Positions 18,265-27,752 are shown, counted from the first letter of the stretch. The stretch: 64,000 nt of DNA from an uncultured Gammaproteobacteria bacterium (GCA_964627525.1 CAZVIA010000001.1:72384-136383); one strand, 5' to 3'. Made by a program: numbers and translations. Notes: generated from the letters alone by a model not told the origin.

Positions 18265-19339
18265 TTTTTCATTTAAAGCGATTTTATTAGTCGCTACTTT
18301 TGCACTTGTGGGTGCAAGTTGTGGTGGTTCAAGTGATGGAGTTTCAACTGGAGTTTATCGTAGTTCAGACAGGGGAGACACTTGGCAAACTGCTTCAGCG
18401 GTTTTAACAACAAGTGCTGGTCAAACTTCATTAACAAGTGGAGTTGATATTTTGGAATTTGTGGCAGATCCACAAGATTCAAAAGTAATTTATGCTGGAA
18501 CTCGTGCACATGGAATTTGGTACACAATAAATGGGGGGGCTGCTTGGACTCGTCCTAGAAATGAAAACTTAGCAAACAAAAGAGTCCGTTCTCTTGCAAT
18601 AAATCCGTCCAATACTTGTATTTTGTATGCTGCCATTGATAACACAATTCAAAAATCTACAAATTGCGGTCGTACATGGAATGGAATTTATAAAAAAGAA
18701 GGTAAGGGTGAATCTAGTAATTCAGCAGAAGTTATCAATGATGTTGTTTTAAATCCGCACAATGTAAATGAACTTTATATTGGGACATCTGGTGGTTCTG
18801 TTTTAAAAAGTATAGATACTGGGAAAAGTTGGAAATCAGTGACAAGACTTGATGATCCTGTAAAAGAAGTTTTGGTTAATCCTAAGTTGGGTAGTCAAGT
18901 TGTAGTTGCAACTGCAGAAGAGGGGGTATTTAGATCAGATGATGGTGGAAATACTTGGGAAGATATTTCTCCAAATTCAAAAGAGTTTAGGGGTTCAGAT
19001 GAATATAGTTCAGGAGTTTTTGATGCAACTAAAGAAAAAACTTTGTTTATTGCTACTAAATATGGTTTGTTAAAATCAGATGATGCAGGAGATAATTGGG
19101 TTGCTGTTAATTTAAATACAGCACCAGGTGAAGCTCTAATCTTTTCATTAGCAATAAGTCCAAAAAATGCTAACCATATTTATTATGGAACTTTGAATGC
19201 ATTTTATCGCAGTTTAAATGGTGGAGAAACTTGGGAAACAAAGAAGATCCCAACCAATGGTGCAATTACAGCTTTACTTGTTGACAAAGAAGACACAAAC
19301 GTGGTGTACTTAGGGTCAACATTTTTAAATAGAAAATAA
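18257..19339 (+). CDS. BNR/Asp-box (VPS10/Ycf48-like) beta-propeller lipoprotein
   Basis: LVGASC lipobox; repeated SxDGGxTW. Confidence 0.85.
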   Translation: MRNFSFKAILLVATFALVGASCGGSSDGVSTGVYRSSDRGDTWQTASAVLTTSAGQTSLTSGVDILEFVADPQDSKVIYAGTRAHGIWYTINGGAAWTRPRNENLANKRVRSLAINPSNTCILYAAIDNTIQKSTNCGRTWNGIYKKEGKGESSNSAEVINDVVLNPHNVNELYIGTSGGSVLKSIDTGKSWKSVTRLDDPVKEVLVNPKLGSQVVVATAEEGVFRSDDGGNTWEDISPNSKEFRGSDEYSSGVFDATKEKTLFIATKYGLLKSDDAGDNWVAVNLNTAPGEALIFSLAISPKNANHIYYGTLNAFYRSLNGGETWETKKIPTNGAITALLVDKEDTNVVYLGSTFLNRK

Positions 19340-19341
19340 AT

Positions 19342-19893
19342 ATGGAATATCTTGAAACTGCCAAGGAGGCAGGCGAAGCTGCTTTTTCTAGATTAAAGCA
19401 GGAGCTTTCTGGTATAAGAACTGGGCGTGCAAACCCAATGCTTGTTGAAGACATTCAGGTTGAGGCATATGACTCAAAACAACCAATGAAAAACGTCGCA
19501 ACAATCACTACGCCAGATGCGCGTACAATTATGATTGCTCCTTGGGACAAAACTTTGCTTGCAATAATTGAAAAAGCAATTACGATTTCAAATCGTGGTT
19601 TAAATCCTGTTAATGATGGAGTTGTTTTGCGTGTTCCAATTCCGGTTTTAACTGAAGAGACTCGTAAGGAACTAGTCAAAACAATAAAAGATAAAATTGA
19701 AGCAGCTAGAATTCGTATCCGTAAAGAGCGTGATGAGATTCGTAGTAAAATTGCTAAGTTGCAAAAAGATGGTGAAATTTCAGAAGATCAAAAGTTTTCA
19801 GATTTTGATAAGCTAGATGAAATTGTAAAAGATTATAATCAAAAAATTGAACAAACAGGAAAAGAAAAAGAAGGAGAAATAATGAAAGTATAA
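19342..19893 (+). CDS. frr: ribosome recycling factor
   Basis: IRTGRANP, PWDK and LTEETRKELVK motifs. Confidence 0.97.
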   Translation: MEYLETAKEAGEAAFSRLKQELSGIRTGRANPMLVEDIQVEAYDSKQPMKNVATITTPDARTIMIAPWDKTLLAIIEKAITISNRGLNPVNDGVVLRVPIPVLTEETRKELVKTIKDKIEAARIRIRKERDEIRSKIAKLQKDGEISEDQKFSDFDKLDEIVKDYNQKIEQTGKEKEGEIMKV

Positions 19894-19894
19894 T

Positions 19895-21283
19895 ATGCCA
19901 GAAAATACACCAGAAGAAAATTTAATGGAAAAAATTACAAACTTAGCAAAGACTCGGGGTTTTATTTTTCCGGGAAGTGCTATTTATGGAGGGTTGGCAA
20001 ATAGTTGGGATTATGGTCCTCTTGGTGTGCAGTTGAAAAATAATATTAAGGCATTGTGGTGGAAACATTTTGTAACTTCACGCACAGATATGGTTGGTTT
20101 GGATCCAGCTATTATTATGAATCCTAAGGTTTGGGAGGCAAGTGGGCATATTGGAAGTTTTAGTGACCCTTTGGTTGAGTGTAAAAAATGTCATCACAGA
20201 TTTCGTGCGGATCATTTGTTGGAATCAAAACAATTAGAGCCTGGTTATGAAAAAGAAAAGCCAGTTGATTTGAAAAATGTTAATTGTCCAAAATGTGAAG
20301 GTGAATTAACTGAACCGCGTGATTTTAATTTATTGTTCAAAACTTTTATTGGTGCAGTTGAAGATGATCAAAGTGTTGCGTACTTGCGTGGTGAAATTGC
20401 GCAAGGAATGTTTGTGAATTTAAAAAATGTTTTGCAAACAAGTCGTAAGCGTTTGCCATTAGGTATTGCAGCAATTGGAAAGGCTTTTAGAAATGAAATC
20501 ACAACTGGTAATTTTATTTTTAGAGTTCGTGAATTTGAAATAATGGAGTTGGAGTATTTTGTTAAAGAAGATGAATGGGAAAAACATTTTGACATGTGGT
20601 TAGAATCAATGAAAGATTGGTTGTCAAAGTTGGGTGTGGATGAGAAAAAATTGTTTTTCAATGATTTGTCTGAAAAAGATCGCGCGCATTATTCAAAGAA
20701 AACAATTGATATTGAATATGAATATCCATTTGGTCGGAAAGAATTGTATGGTTTGGCGTATCGCACTGATTATGATTTGAAAAAACACACAGAACATTCT
20801 GGTGAAGATTTACAATATACAGATCCAGAAACTGGTGAAAAGTTTTTGCCACATATTGTTGAGCCAAGTATGGGGTTGGATAGAACTATTTTGGCGGTTT
20901 TATTGTCTGCTTATAATGAAGAAGAAGCACCAACTGCGAATAAAGGTGAAACTGAAAAGCGTATTGTAATGAAGTTTCCAAAATATTTAGCGCCAATTCA
21001 GGTTGCTGTTTTGCCTTTGTCTAAAAAACAAGATTTAGTTGAGCTGACTAATGATGTTGCACAAAAGTTGTCTGAAGATTTTGTAACTGAAATTGATGTG
21101 ACTCAATCAATTGGAAAAAGATATCGTCGCCAAGATGAAATTGGTACTCCTTATTGTGTGACAATTGATTTTGATTCTTTGGAAGATAAAAAAGTTACTG
21201 TGCGTGATCGTGACACAATGGAACAAGAGAGAATTGGTGTTGATGAACTTTTAGATTATCTTAAAAAACAATTTGCTTCATAA
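19895..21283 (+). CDS. glyQS: glycine--tRNA ligase (homodimeric type)
   Basis: IYGGLANSWDYGPLG, FRNEIT, RAHYS and IGKRYRRQDEIGTP motifs. Confidence 0.96.
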   Translation: MPENTPEENLMEKITNLAKTRGFIFPGSAIYGGLANSWDYGPLGVQLKNNIKALWWKHFVTSRTDMVGLDPAIIMNPKVWEASGHIGSFSDPLVECKKCHHRFRADHLLESKQLEPGYEKEKPVDLKNVNCPKCEGELTEPRDFNLLFKTFIGAVEDDQSVAYLRGEIAQGMFVNLKNVLQTSRKRLPLGIAAIGKAFRNEITTGNFIFRVREFEIMELEYFVKEDEWEKHFDMWLESMKDWLSKLGVDEKKLFFNDLSEKDRAHYSKKTIDIEYEYPFGRKELYGLAYRTDYDLKKHTEHSGEDLQYTDPETGEKFLPHIVEPSMGLDRTILAVLLSAYNEEEAPTANKGETEKRIVMKFPKYLAPIQVAVLPLSKKQDLVELTNDVAQKLSEDFVTEIDVTQSIGKRYRRQDEIGTPYCVTIDFDSLEDKKVTVRDRDTMEQERIGVDELLDYLKKQFAS

Positions 21284-21285
21284 GT

Positions 21286-22557
21286 ATGAAAATGGAATAC
21301 AATAAAAAGCGTCTTGAAAATGGCGCAACATTAATAACTGTTCCATTAAAAAGTACTTCATCAGTAACAATTTTTATTGGTTTTCCAGTTGGGTCGCGTT
21401 ATGAATCAAAACGTATAAACGGTGCTTCTCATTTTATTGAACACATGATGTTCAAGGGCACTAAGCGTCGTCCAACAACAAAAGATATTTCAATGGAAAT
21501 TGATGGAGCTGGCGCACAATGGAATGCATTTACTAGTAAAGAAGTTACAGCTTATTATATTAAAATTGATTCAGCGCGTTTGGAAGAAGCTGGTGATTTG
21601 TGGGAAGATGTTTTGTTTCATAGTAAGTTTGACACAAGAGAATTTGAAAAAGAAAAAGGTGTAATTAATGAGGAGTTGCGAATGTACGAAGATACTCCTT
21701 TGCGAGATGTGCAAGAAGAGTTTGAGGTTTTGATGCATGAAGGTTCTGCTTTGGGGTATAAAATTGGTGGAACTCCAGATATAATAAATGCTTTAAAGCG
21801 AGTCGATTTAATTAAGTATCGTGATAAGTTTTATCATCATAATAAAATGGTTGTTTGTGTTGCTGGAAATTATTCTGAAAAACAAATTGATTTTATTGAA
21901 AAACTTTTTGCGAAAGGAAATAAAAAAGGTGCAATGCCGAAATTTCAGTTGAGTCGTCCTGGAAAAAGTAAAGTTAATGTTCGTTTGAAATATAAAGATA
22001 CAGATCAGGTTCATATTGCTTTGGGGTTTCCAGCTTATAAAAAAGGAGACAAGAGGTTGCTGGCTTTGAGTTTGTTGCAAAATATAATGGGTGGAACAAT
22101 GAGTTCTAGATTATTTAGAGAAGTTCGTGAGAAAAGAGGGTTGGCTTATAGTGTGCGAACAGATATTGAAGCTTATCGTGATTGTGGAAATACTTATGTG
22201 CATGCTGGTTTGCACACACAAAGAATTGATCAGGCGGTTGAAGTTATTGTGCGTGAATTAAAAAAAGTTGCTGAAAAAGGTGTGACATCAAAAGAATTAA
22301 AATATGCAAAAGGTAATGCGCGTGGTGGAACAATTTTAGCTTTAGAAGATTCAAGTGCTGTTGCAAATTATTTTGCAGGACAACAGTTGTTGTTGGATAA
22401 AATTAAAACACCAGGGCAGAAATTAGAAGAATTGGAAAAAGCTACTTGTGCTGATGTGCAAAAAGTAGCCAAAGAGATTTTTGATTTTAAGAAAGTTAAA
22501 ATGGCGGTGATTGGGCCGTTTAAAGATAAGAAGAAATTTGAGAAATTATTAATGTGA
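21286..22557 (+). CDS. M16 family zinc peptidase
   Basis: HFIEHMMFKGT and SSRLFREVREKRGLAY motifs. Confidence 0.93.
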   Translation: MKMEYNKKRLENGATLITVPLKSTSSVTIFIGFPVGSRYESKRINGASHFIEHMMFKGTKRRPTTKDISMEIDGAGAQWNAFTSKEVTAYYIKIDSARLEEAGDLWEDVLFHSKFDTREFEKEKGVINEELRMYEDTPLRDVQEEFEVLMHEGSALGYKIGGTPDIINALKRVDLIKYRDKFYHHNKMVVCVAGNYSEKQIDFIEKLFAKGNKKGAMPKFQLSRPGKSKVNVRLKYKDTDQVHIALGFPAYKKGDKRLLALSLLQNIMGGTMSSRLFREVREKRGLAYSVRTDIEAYRDCGNTYVHAGLHTQRIDQAVEVIVRELKKVAEKGVTSKELKYAKGNARGGTILALEDSSAVANYFAGQQLLLDKIKTPGQKLEELEKATCADVQKVAKEIFDFKKVKMAVIGPFKDKKKFEKLLM

Positions 22558-22612
22558 TTTTTTATGGGATTTTTGCGTTGGCGCAAAAATCCCATAAAAT
22601 AAACCCAAATAT

Positions 22613-23326
22613 ATGAAAAAAGTTTTTTGCAACTGGAAAATGTATTTAAGTTCTGAAGAAGCTGTGGCTTTATCTGCAGAAATTGCTGAAAATCATGGAA
22701 ATAAAGGTGATGCAATTGCTGTTTTTCCTTCTGCTGAAGTTTTGGATCAGGTTTATCAAATAATTGAATCAACAGATGTGGTTTTAGGTGCACAAAATTG
22801 TCACTGGGAAGGTGTTGGTGCACACACTGGTGAACTGTCTGCAGACAACTTAAAAGAGCTGGGTTGTCATTATGTTTTGGTTGGACATTCAGAACGTCGG
22901 GCAATGGGGGAGACAGACGAACAAATTAATTTAAAAATAAAATCATCACGCGCCAGTGGTTTGGTTCCTGTTTTGTGTGTTGGTGAATTAGAAAAAGATC
23001 GCGCAGACGGGAAGCAAGAGGAAGTTGTGAACGCTCAATTAGAAGCTGGCTTAAGAGATGTAGAAGGTGGAAGTTTTATTGTAGCTTATGAGCCGGTTTG
23101 GGCAATTGGAACTGGAAATCCTGCAACACCAGAAGATGCAGAAAAAATGTGCGCGTATATTAAGGAGAAAATTGCAGATAAAGAAATTGAAGTTTTGTAT
23201 GGTGGTTCTGTAAATCCAGATGATGTTAAAAAATATCGTGACTTGGAAAATGTGGATGGGTTTTTAATTGGTGGTGCATCAACAAAAGCTCAAACTTTGT
23301 TTCCAATAATAGAAACTTTAGAATAA
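22613..23326 (+). CDS. tpiA: triosephosphate isomerase
   Basis: NWKM, GHSERR, AYEPVWAIGTG and YGGSV motifs. Confidence 0.97.
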   Translation: MKKVFCNWKMYLSSEEAVALSAEIAENHGNKGDAIAVFPSAEVLDQVYQIIESTDVVLGAQNCHWEGVGAHTGELSADNLKELGCHYVLVGHSERRAMGETDEQINLKIKSSRASGLVPVLCVGELEKDRADGKQEEVVNAQLEAGLRDVEGGSFIVAYEPVWAIGTGNPATPEDAEKMCAYIKEKIADKEIEVLYGGSVNPDDVKKYRDLENVDGFLIGGASTKAQTLFPIIETLE

Positions 23327-23329
23327 AAT

Positions 23330-24232
23330 ATGCTGTACGGATATTTACCGATTTTAATAATTTTAATTGGGCTGGCAATTGCAGTTGTAATTATTATACG
23401 AAAGTTTCCTCAATTAAAAGTTTTGGATGTAGATGAGTTGCCAGAAGAACAAGATCGTAAAAAGAAAGATAAGTTGTTAGAGGAAAAATTTTATCGCGCA
23501 ATGAGTCCTTTGAAAAAACGTGGGATTGGTTGGGGTAGAAAGTTTTTGGAAAGAATGAAAGTTTTTCAAGAAGATTTTCGTGGTTATGTAAATAGGATTG
23601 CTGATTCATATCGCGAAGAGCATGGAAAAGTTCACAAGAAAAAACAAAAATCCAAAACTCCGGCAGAGCGCAAAAAAGAAGTTGCGCGTTTGGTGGAAGA
23701 AGCAGATGAATTGAGACATAAAAATGATTTAGTGCATGCTGAAGAAAAATATATTGCTGCGATTGGAATTGCGCCGCGAAGTATTAGTGCTTATAAAGGT
23801 TTGGGAAAAGTTTATTTTGCACAAGAAAAGTTTGATGATGCGCGTGAGACTTTTACTTATTTGGCAAAGTTGGCAAAGAGTGATGATATTGTTCATGCGT
23901 TTTTGGGAAGGATTGCTAAGGCAAAAGAAAAATGGGAAGAATCTGTGAAGCATTATAAGCGTGCGATTGAATTAAATGGAGGTTTGGCTAAGCGACATAT
24001 TGATATTGCAAAAGTTTATATTGAGTTAGATAAAAAACGTGAGGCTGTTGCAGCGTATCGCAGAGCGTTTGAGTTAGAGCCAAAAAATCCAGCGGTTTTA
24101 GATCAGATAATTGAGTTTGCTTTTGATGTAAAAGATAAGGTTTTGGCAAGGGAAATGATTAAGCGTTTGCAAGAAGTAAATCCAGAAAATAAAAAGTTAG
24201 AGCAGTTTAAAAAAGATTTGCAAAAGTTGTGA
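23330..24232 (+). CDS. membrane-anchored TPR protein
   Basis: N-terminal TM followed by TPR-like helical repeats. Confidence 0.8.
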   Translation: MLYGYLPILIILIGLAIAVVIIIRKFPQLKVLDVDELPEEQDRKKKDKLLEEKFYRAMSPLKKRGIGWGRKFLERMKVFQEDFRGYVNRIADSYREEHGKVHKKKQKSKTPAERKKEVARLVEEADELRHKNDLVHAEEKYIAAIGIAPRSISAYKGLGKVYFAQEKFDDARETFTYLAKLAKSDDIVHAFLGRIAKAKEKWEESVKHYKRAIELNGGLAKRHIDIAKVYIELDKKREAVAAYRRAFELEPKNPAVLDQIIEFAFDVKDKVLAREMIKRLQEVNPENKKLEQFKKDLQKL

Positions 24233-24255
24233 GGAGGGCTAAAAAGGTGGGCTAA

Positions 24256-24329
24256 GCCACAGTAGCTCAGTTGGTTAGAGCGCATCCATGGTAAGGATGA
24301 GGTCTCCGGTTCGATTCCGGACTGTGGCT
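24256..24329 (+). tRNA. tRNA-Thr(GGT)
   Basis: Cloverleaf gccacag/ctgtggc; anticodon arm catcc-atGGTaa-ggatg; TTCGA T-loop. Confidence 0.95.
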
Positions 24330-24380
24330 CATAAACAATATATTGATAAAATCCAAAAAATCTGCTAAAATAAAGGTGAT

Positions 24381-24527
24381 ATGAGAGAAAAAATTGCCAA
24401 AAAAAAAGAACTAAAAAAAGCAGTATCTAGATCTTCAAAACTCGAAGGTCTTAGTTGGAATAGTGCAAAAAAAAATACTTCTATCATCCGCAAACTAAAA
24501 AAATATGGCAGAGCCTTCTCGATATAG
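24381..24527 (+). CDS. FicA/YhfG/VbhA-type antitoxin, 48 aa (not in ORF track)
   Basis: MREKIAKKKELKKAVSRSSKLEGLSW...; SSKLEG matches (S/T)xxxE(G/N); overlaps the fic start. Confidence 0.8.
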   Translation: MREKIAKKKELKKAVSRSSKLEGLSWNSAKKNTSIIRKLKKYGRAFSI

Positions 24528-25116
24528 TGTTAGTGATAAGGATGCAGGTGTTCAAAATGGTATTTTAAAAAATAAACTCAAGATTAAAGACCAGAAAATT
24601 TTGGATGATGCTGAAACCATACTTCTTGGTGACACATATACGCATTTTTTTGAATTGCTTGAAAAAGGTGAAATTAAATTTGATTTTTCTCTGATATTTG
24701 AGATACATAGATTTTTTTTAAACACTTTGTATTCTTGGGCTGGAAAGACTAGGACTATTGATATTTCAAAAGACGGAATGTTTTTTGCCTCGGTAAAATA
24801 TATTGATAGTTCGCTTAAAGATTTTGAACAGATTTTGAGAAAAAATATTCCAGTTGAAAAAGATACAAAGAGAAGGTTCGCGCAAAAACTTGCTGTTATT
24901 CACAATGAATACAATGCTATTCATCCATTTCGTGAAGGTAATGGGAGAGCTGTTCGTCTTTTTCTTGATTTGCTTGTAGTAAAATTTGGATACAATCCAA
25001 TTGATTGGAGTAAAAAACAAAAAAATAAGTATATCGAAGCATGTGTCAAAGGCATGTCACAAAAAAATAAACAGATGGAGCAGATAATTTATTTTGGTTT
25101 GTATAAGCAAAAGTAA
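24505..25116 (+). CDS. Fic-domain protein (class I, FicT-like)
   Basis: HPFREGNGRAVR canonical Fic motif; LKNKL and WAGKTR motifs. Confidence 0.93.
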   Translation: MAEPSRYSVSDKDAGVQNGILKNKLKIKDQKILDDAETILLGDTYTHFFELLEKGEIKFDFSLIFEIHRFFLNTLYSWAGKTRTIDISKDGMFFASVKYIDSSLKDFEQILRKNIPVEKDTKRRFAQKLAVIHNEYNAIHPFREGNGRAVRLFLDLLVVKFGYNPIDWSKKQKNKYIEACVKGMSQKNKQMEQIIYFGLYKQK

Positions 25117-25207
25117 ATGACATGGTTTTGTCCTGTGGGTAATATAGATCTGGACAAATTCTGTCAGATATAATATCATTATTTCAGTTAATTTAGTTTT
25201 ATTATTA

Positions 25208-25291
25208 GGGTCGGTAGCGAAGTGGTTAAACGCATCAGACTGTAAATCTGACGGCCTCGTGCCTCCGGGGGTTCGAATCCCTCCCGGCCCA
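25208..25291 (+). tRNA. tRNA-Tyr(GTA)
   Basis: gggtcgg/ccggccc acceptor stem; tcaga-ctGTAaa-tctga anticodon arm; long variable arm. Confidence 0.95.
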
Positions 25292-25296
25292 CAAAA

Positions 25297-25386
25297 CTTA
25301 AAAAACATATTATTTGTTCCTATCCCGTGCTAATTCTAGCACTCGACCCTCAACGGGTAAGTGTCACAAATAATATGTTTTTTAAG
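25297..25386. terminator. branched terminator-like element related to the one at 7828-7921
   Basis: cttaaaaaacatattatttgt...acaaataatatgttttttaag outer stem enclosing two hairpins. Confidence 0.6.
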
Positions 25387-25503
25387 TTAATAAATTAATT
25401 TACAACAATTTTACTAACTAAAACTTGTTTTTTTTACATTAAGTGTATACTTCGTATCAACTGGCGTGAATGGACACGTCAAAAAAGCAAAGGAGGGTTA
25501 GCC

Positions 25504-26049
25504 ATGAAAAAGGCAACCTACTTGTTGTTGGCAGGGCTAGCGCTCGTTGCGCTGGTCTGGCCAATCTTGGCAACAGCATCTCAACCGTCAGACGACGCGG
25601 GAGAGCAGTTGTGCCAGGTTTGGCCGGGGATTTCGTTCTGCATGTCAGCACCCGACGAGGTCGTGGTTGCTGGCAGTGATCTGTTGTTCACGTTCGATGA
25701 TCAGAGCGCGCCGCAGATCCTGATGCAGGACAAGAACGGGTTGTTCATGGTGACGGGGCTGATCCAGGTTCCGTATGACCAGTTGGCAGTGCTGATGAGC
25801 CAGAAACTCGTCGGACTGCTGATCTGGGAAGATGGGCAAGGTCGTATTCTCATGCAGGCGCCCGACGGGCTCTTCGTGTGGTGCGACAAAGCAGAAGGCA
25901 CGTGCTTTATCATGGAGAAGAAGCCGGCGGAGAGCGGCGACTTCATCATGCAGAGCAGCTTGATCATCGGACCGTGTACTGGGAATCTCATTCTGGTGAA
26001 CAAGGCTTGGGGTGGTCCGATCGTGCCAATCAACATCGTGTTCTGTTAG
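25504..26049 (+). CDS. GC-rich secreted orphan protein
   Basis: AAGGAGG SD; signal peptide; internal ILMQxxxGLF repeat; codon usage unlike neighbouring genes. Confidence 0.7.
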   Translation: MKKATYLLLAGLALVALVWPILATASQPSDDAGEQLCQVWPGISFCMSAPDEVVVAGSDLLFTFDDQSAPQILMQDKNGLFMVTGLIQVPYDQLAVLMSQKLVGLLIWEDGQGRILMQAPDGLFVWCDKAEGTCFIMEKKPAESGDFIMQSSLIIGPCTGNLILVNKAWGGPIVPINIVFC

Positions 26050-26194
26050 TACTGCACAGACAGTGCGAAGCAGAAAAACACGCGAGAGCGTCTAGGTAAC
26101 ACTAGGCGCTTCTCTGTTTTTTTAAATTAAATTTGATACATGGTTTAAAAAGTTATAAAGTAAGAATGTAAGAAATTATTACTTATATAAAAAT

Positions 26195-26440
26195 ATGAAT
26201 GTGATTTTAAAAGCTACTACAAAAGGGCAAATAACTTTGCCTGCAAAATGGAGAAGGTCTTTTAATACAGATCAGTATCTTGTAACAAGTAAGGGTGGAA
26301 TGCTTGAGGTGCGCCCTGTTGATCTTAAATCAGCTATAAATACAAAAGATGAATATACTGTTTTTGATGCAATCCGAGATAATAAAGGTAAAGGTATAAA
26401 AGCAAAAGATCTTGTAAAAGTTTTGAAAAAAATGACTTAA
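26195..26440 (+). CDS. AbrB/MazE/SpoVT-family DNA-binding protein
   Basis: TTKGQITLPAKWRR motif. Confidence 0.85.
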   Translation: MNVILKATTKGQITLPAKWRRSFNTDQYLVTSKGGMLEVRPVDLKSAINTKDEYTVFDAIRDNKGKGIKAKDLVKVLKKMT

Positions 26441-26446
26441 GCTTTT

Positions 26447-26511
26447 ATGGATCAAATACAAAAATTGTTTAAGATAGTATAAAATTAAGAAATGAGCAGA
26501 TTTATAAATAA
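26447..26511 (+). pseudogene. possible internally deleted RelE/ParE-like toxin remnant
   Basis: MDQIQKLFK start directly after the AbrB gene; DSIKLRNEQIYK-stop in another frame. Confidence 0.45.
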
Positions 26512-26524
26512 TATTTTTTAAATT

Positions 26525-26556
26525 AAAAAAGACCTCACTTCGTGTGGGTCTTTTTT
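26525..26556. terminator. bidirectional intrinsic terminator
   Basis: aaaaaagacctcac-ttcg-tgtgggtctttttt. Confidence 0.75.
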
Positions 26557-26608
26557 GTTGTTTAAGTTTCTGACTCATCTTGAGTCAGTCGGCCGAAATG
26601 GCCTGTCC

Positions 26609-27226
26609 TTAGTGGATCGCCTCGTTGTCGTCCATGCCAGCTCCTGTCACGTTGCAGTGCACCCGAATGGCGCTCCGCGGAATCGTGACACAGAACTCAC
26701 CGTGTTCTGAGGAGGTCGAAACCTCTTCAGTGGTGGTCAACACAATGTGCCTTCCCACCTCACAGTTCGCCTTGACAAGGACTTGCTCGATCCACTCCAC
26801 CAGGTTGTCCGTGGCAGTACGCTCACCCAAGTCCATTGCTTCGACCTCGGGCATGCACTGTTCGAACACCACGATCGTCGGGATGCGCACCGTCTTGGTG
26901 AATATCACGCCGCCACTCTTCTTCGAGCTTGGGGTGGGCTTGGATTCCTTGGTCGTCAGCGTCTTGCCAGCAACCCAGGTTTCCTCCTTGTCTTGGATCT
27001 CCACCTCGCTGCCGGTTTGGCGAGCGAAGCGCAGAACCTCCAGGAGGGTGGGATCGCCGCGCCCGACGTCCACGGTCTCCTCGCCAGCGACCGGAGTCGC
27101 TGTCCGAGTCGGACCGCCTGCAGGTTGAGCTGTCGCCGTCGTGGCACAGCCTGGGTTGAGGGCGATAATAGCTATGACCACCGCAAGGGCGATCGAAGAA
27201 AAAATCAGTTGCACTATTGCCTTCAT
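26609..27226 (-). CDS. GC-rich exported or lipoprotein-like orphan
   Basis: AAGGAG before ATG 27226; hydrophobic leader ending LNPGC; own promoter upstream. Confidence 0.7.
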   Translation of the reverse strand: MKAIVQLIFSSIALAVVIAIIALNPGCATTATAQPAGGPTRTATPVAGEETVDVGRGDPTLLEVLRFARQTGSEVEIQDKEETWVAGKTLTTKESKPTPSSKKSGGVIFTKTVRIPTIVVFEQCMPEVEAMDLGERTATDNLVEWIEQVLVKANCEVGRHIVLTTTEEVSTSSEHGEFCVTIPRSAIRVHCNVTGAGMDDNEAIH

Positions 27227-27350
27227 TGAAGGGTGTCTCCTTGTGGTTTGATTTACGGTCGTTTGTGCAGTTTTAGAGAACCCTACTGATGATCTGTTCT
27301 GCGTCAGCTCATCATGCAGTACTCTCCAAAAAGTACATATTAAACAGATA

Positions 27351-27379
27351 ACTATAGCATATTTTAGCGATTTTGTCAA
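27351..27379 (-). promoter_or_regulatory. sigma70-type promoter
   Basis: TTGACA-17 nt-(TGc)TATAGT on the minus strand. Confidence 0.7.
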
Positions 27380-27498
27380 CCCTCACTGGCTTTGCCAGCT
27401 CGGGTTGTCAACTGCGTCTTTAATTTTTGCCTAAAATAAGCTAAAATCATAACACATTGACTACTTAGGTTTTTCAGTGTACAATACCCTCGTAATCT

Positions 27499-27572
27499 GC
27501 CACCTTAGCTCAGCTGGTTAGAGCGACGGTTTTGTAAACCGTAGGTCCAGGGTTCGATTCCCTGAGGTGGCT
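27499..27572 (+). tRNA. tRNA-Thr(TGT)
   Basis: gccacct/aggtggc acceptor stem; acggt-ttTGTaa-accgt anticodon arm. Confidence 0.95.
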
Positions 27573-27596
27573 CTGAAAAAATTGAATAAAAATTTT

Positions 27597-27752
27597 ATGT
27601 CACAAGACGCATTAACAAAAATGGAGTGTACTGAATGCAAAAGAGTAATGATTTACACCCGTAAAAACAAGAAAAAAATCAAAGAAAGATTGGTGTTAAA
27701 AAAGCATTGTAAAAGTTGTAAAAAACACACCTCGCACAAAGAAACCAAATAA
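27597..27752 (+). CDS. rpmG: 50S ribosomal protein L33 (Zn-binding type)
   Basis: MSQD..CTEC..RLVLKKHCKSCKKHTSHKETK. Confidence 0.95.
   Translation: MSQDALTKMECTECKRVMIYTRKNKKKIKERLVLKKHCKSCKKHTSHKETK

Noticed and set aside
26625-27229. Overlapping + strand ORFs (167, 160 and 76 aa)
   Set aside because: Shadow ORFs of a GC-rich minus-strand gene that has the promoter, SD and signal peptide
26609-27379. 256-aa version of the ORF starting at TTG 27379
   Set aside because: That TTG is the -35 box; the SD supports ATG 27226. The same applies to the 17259 start of the 16693 ORF
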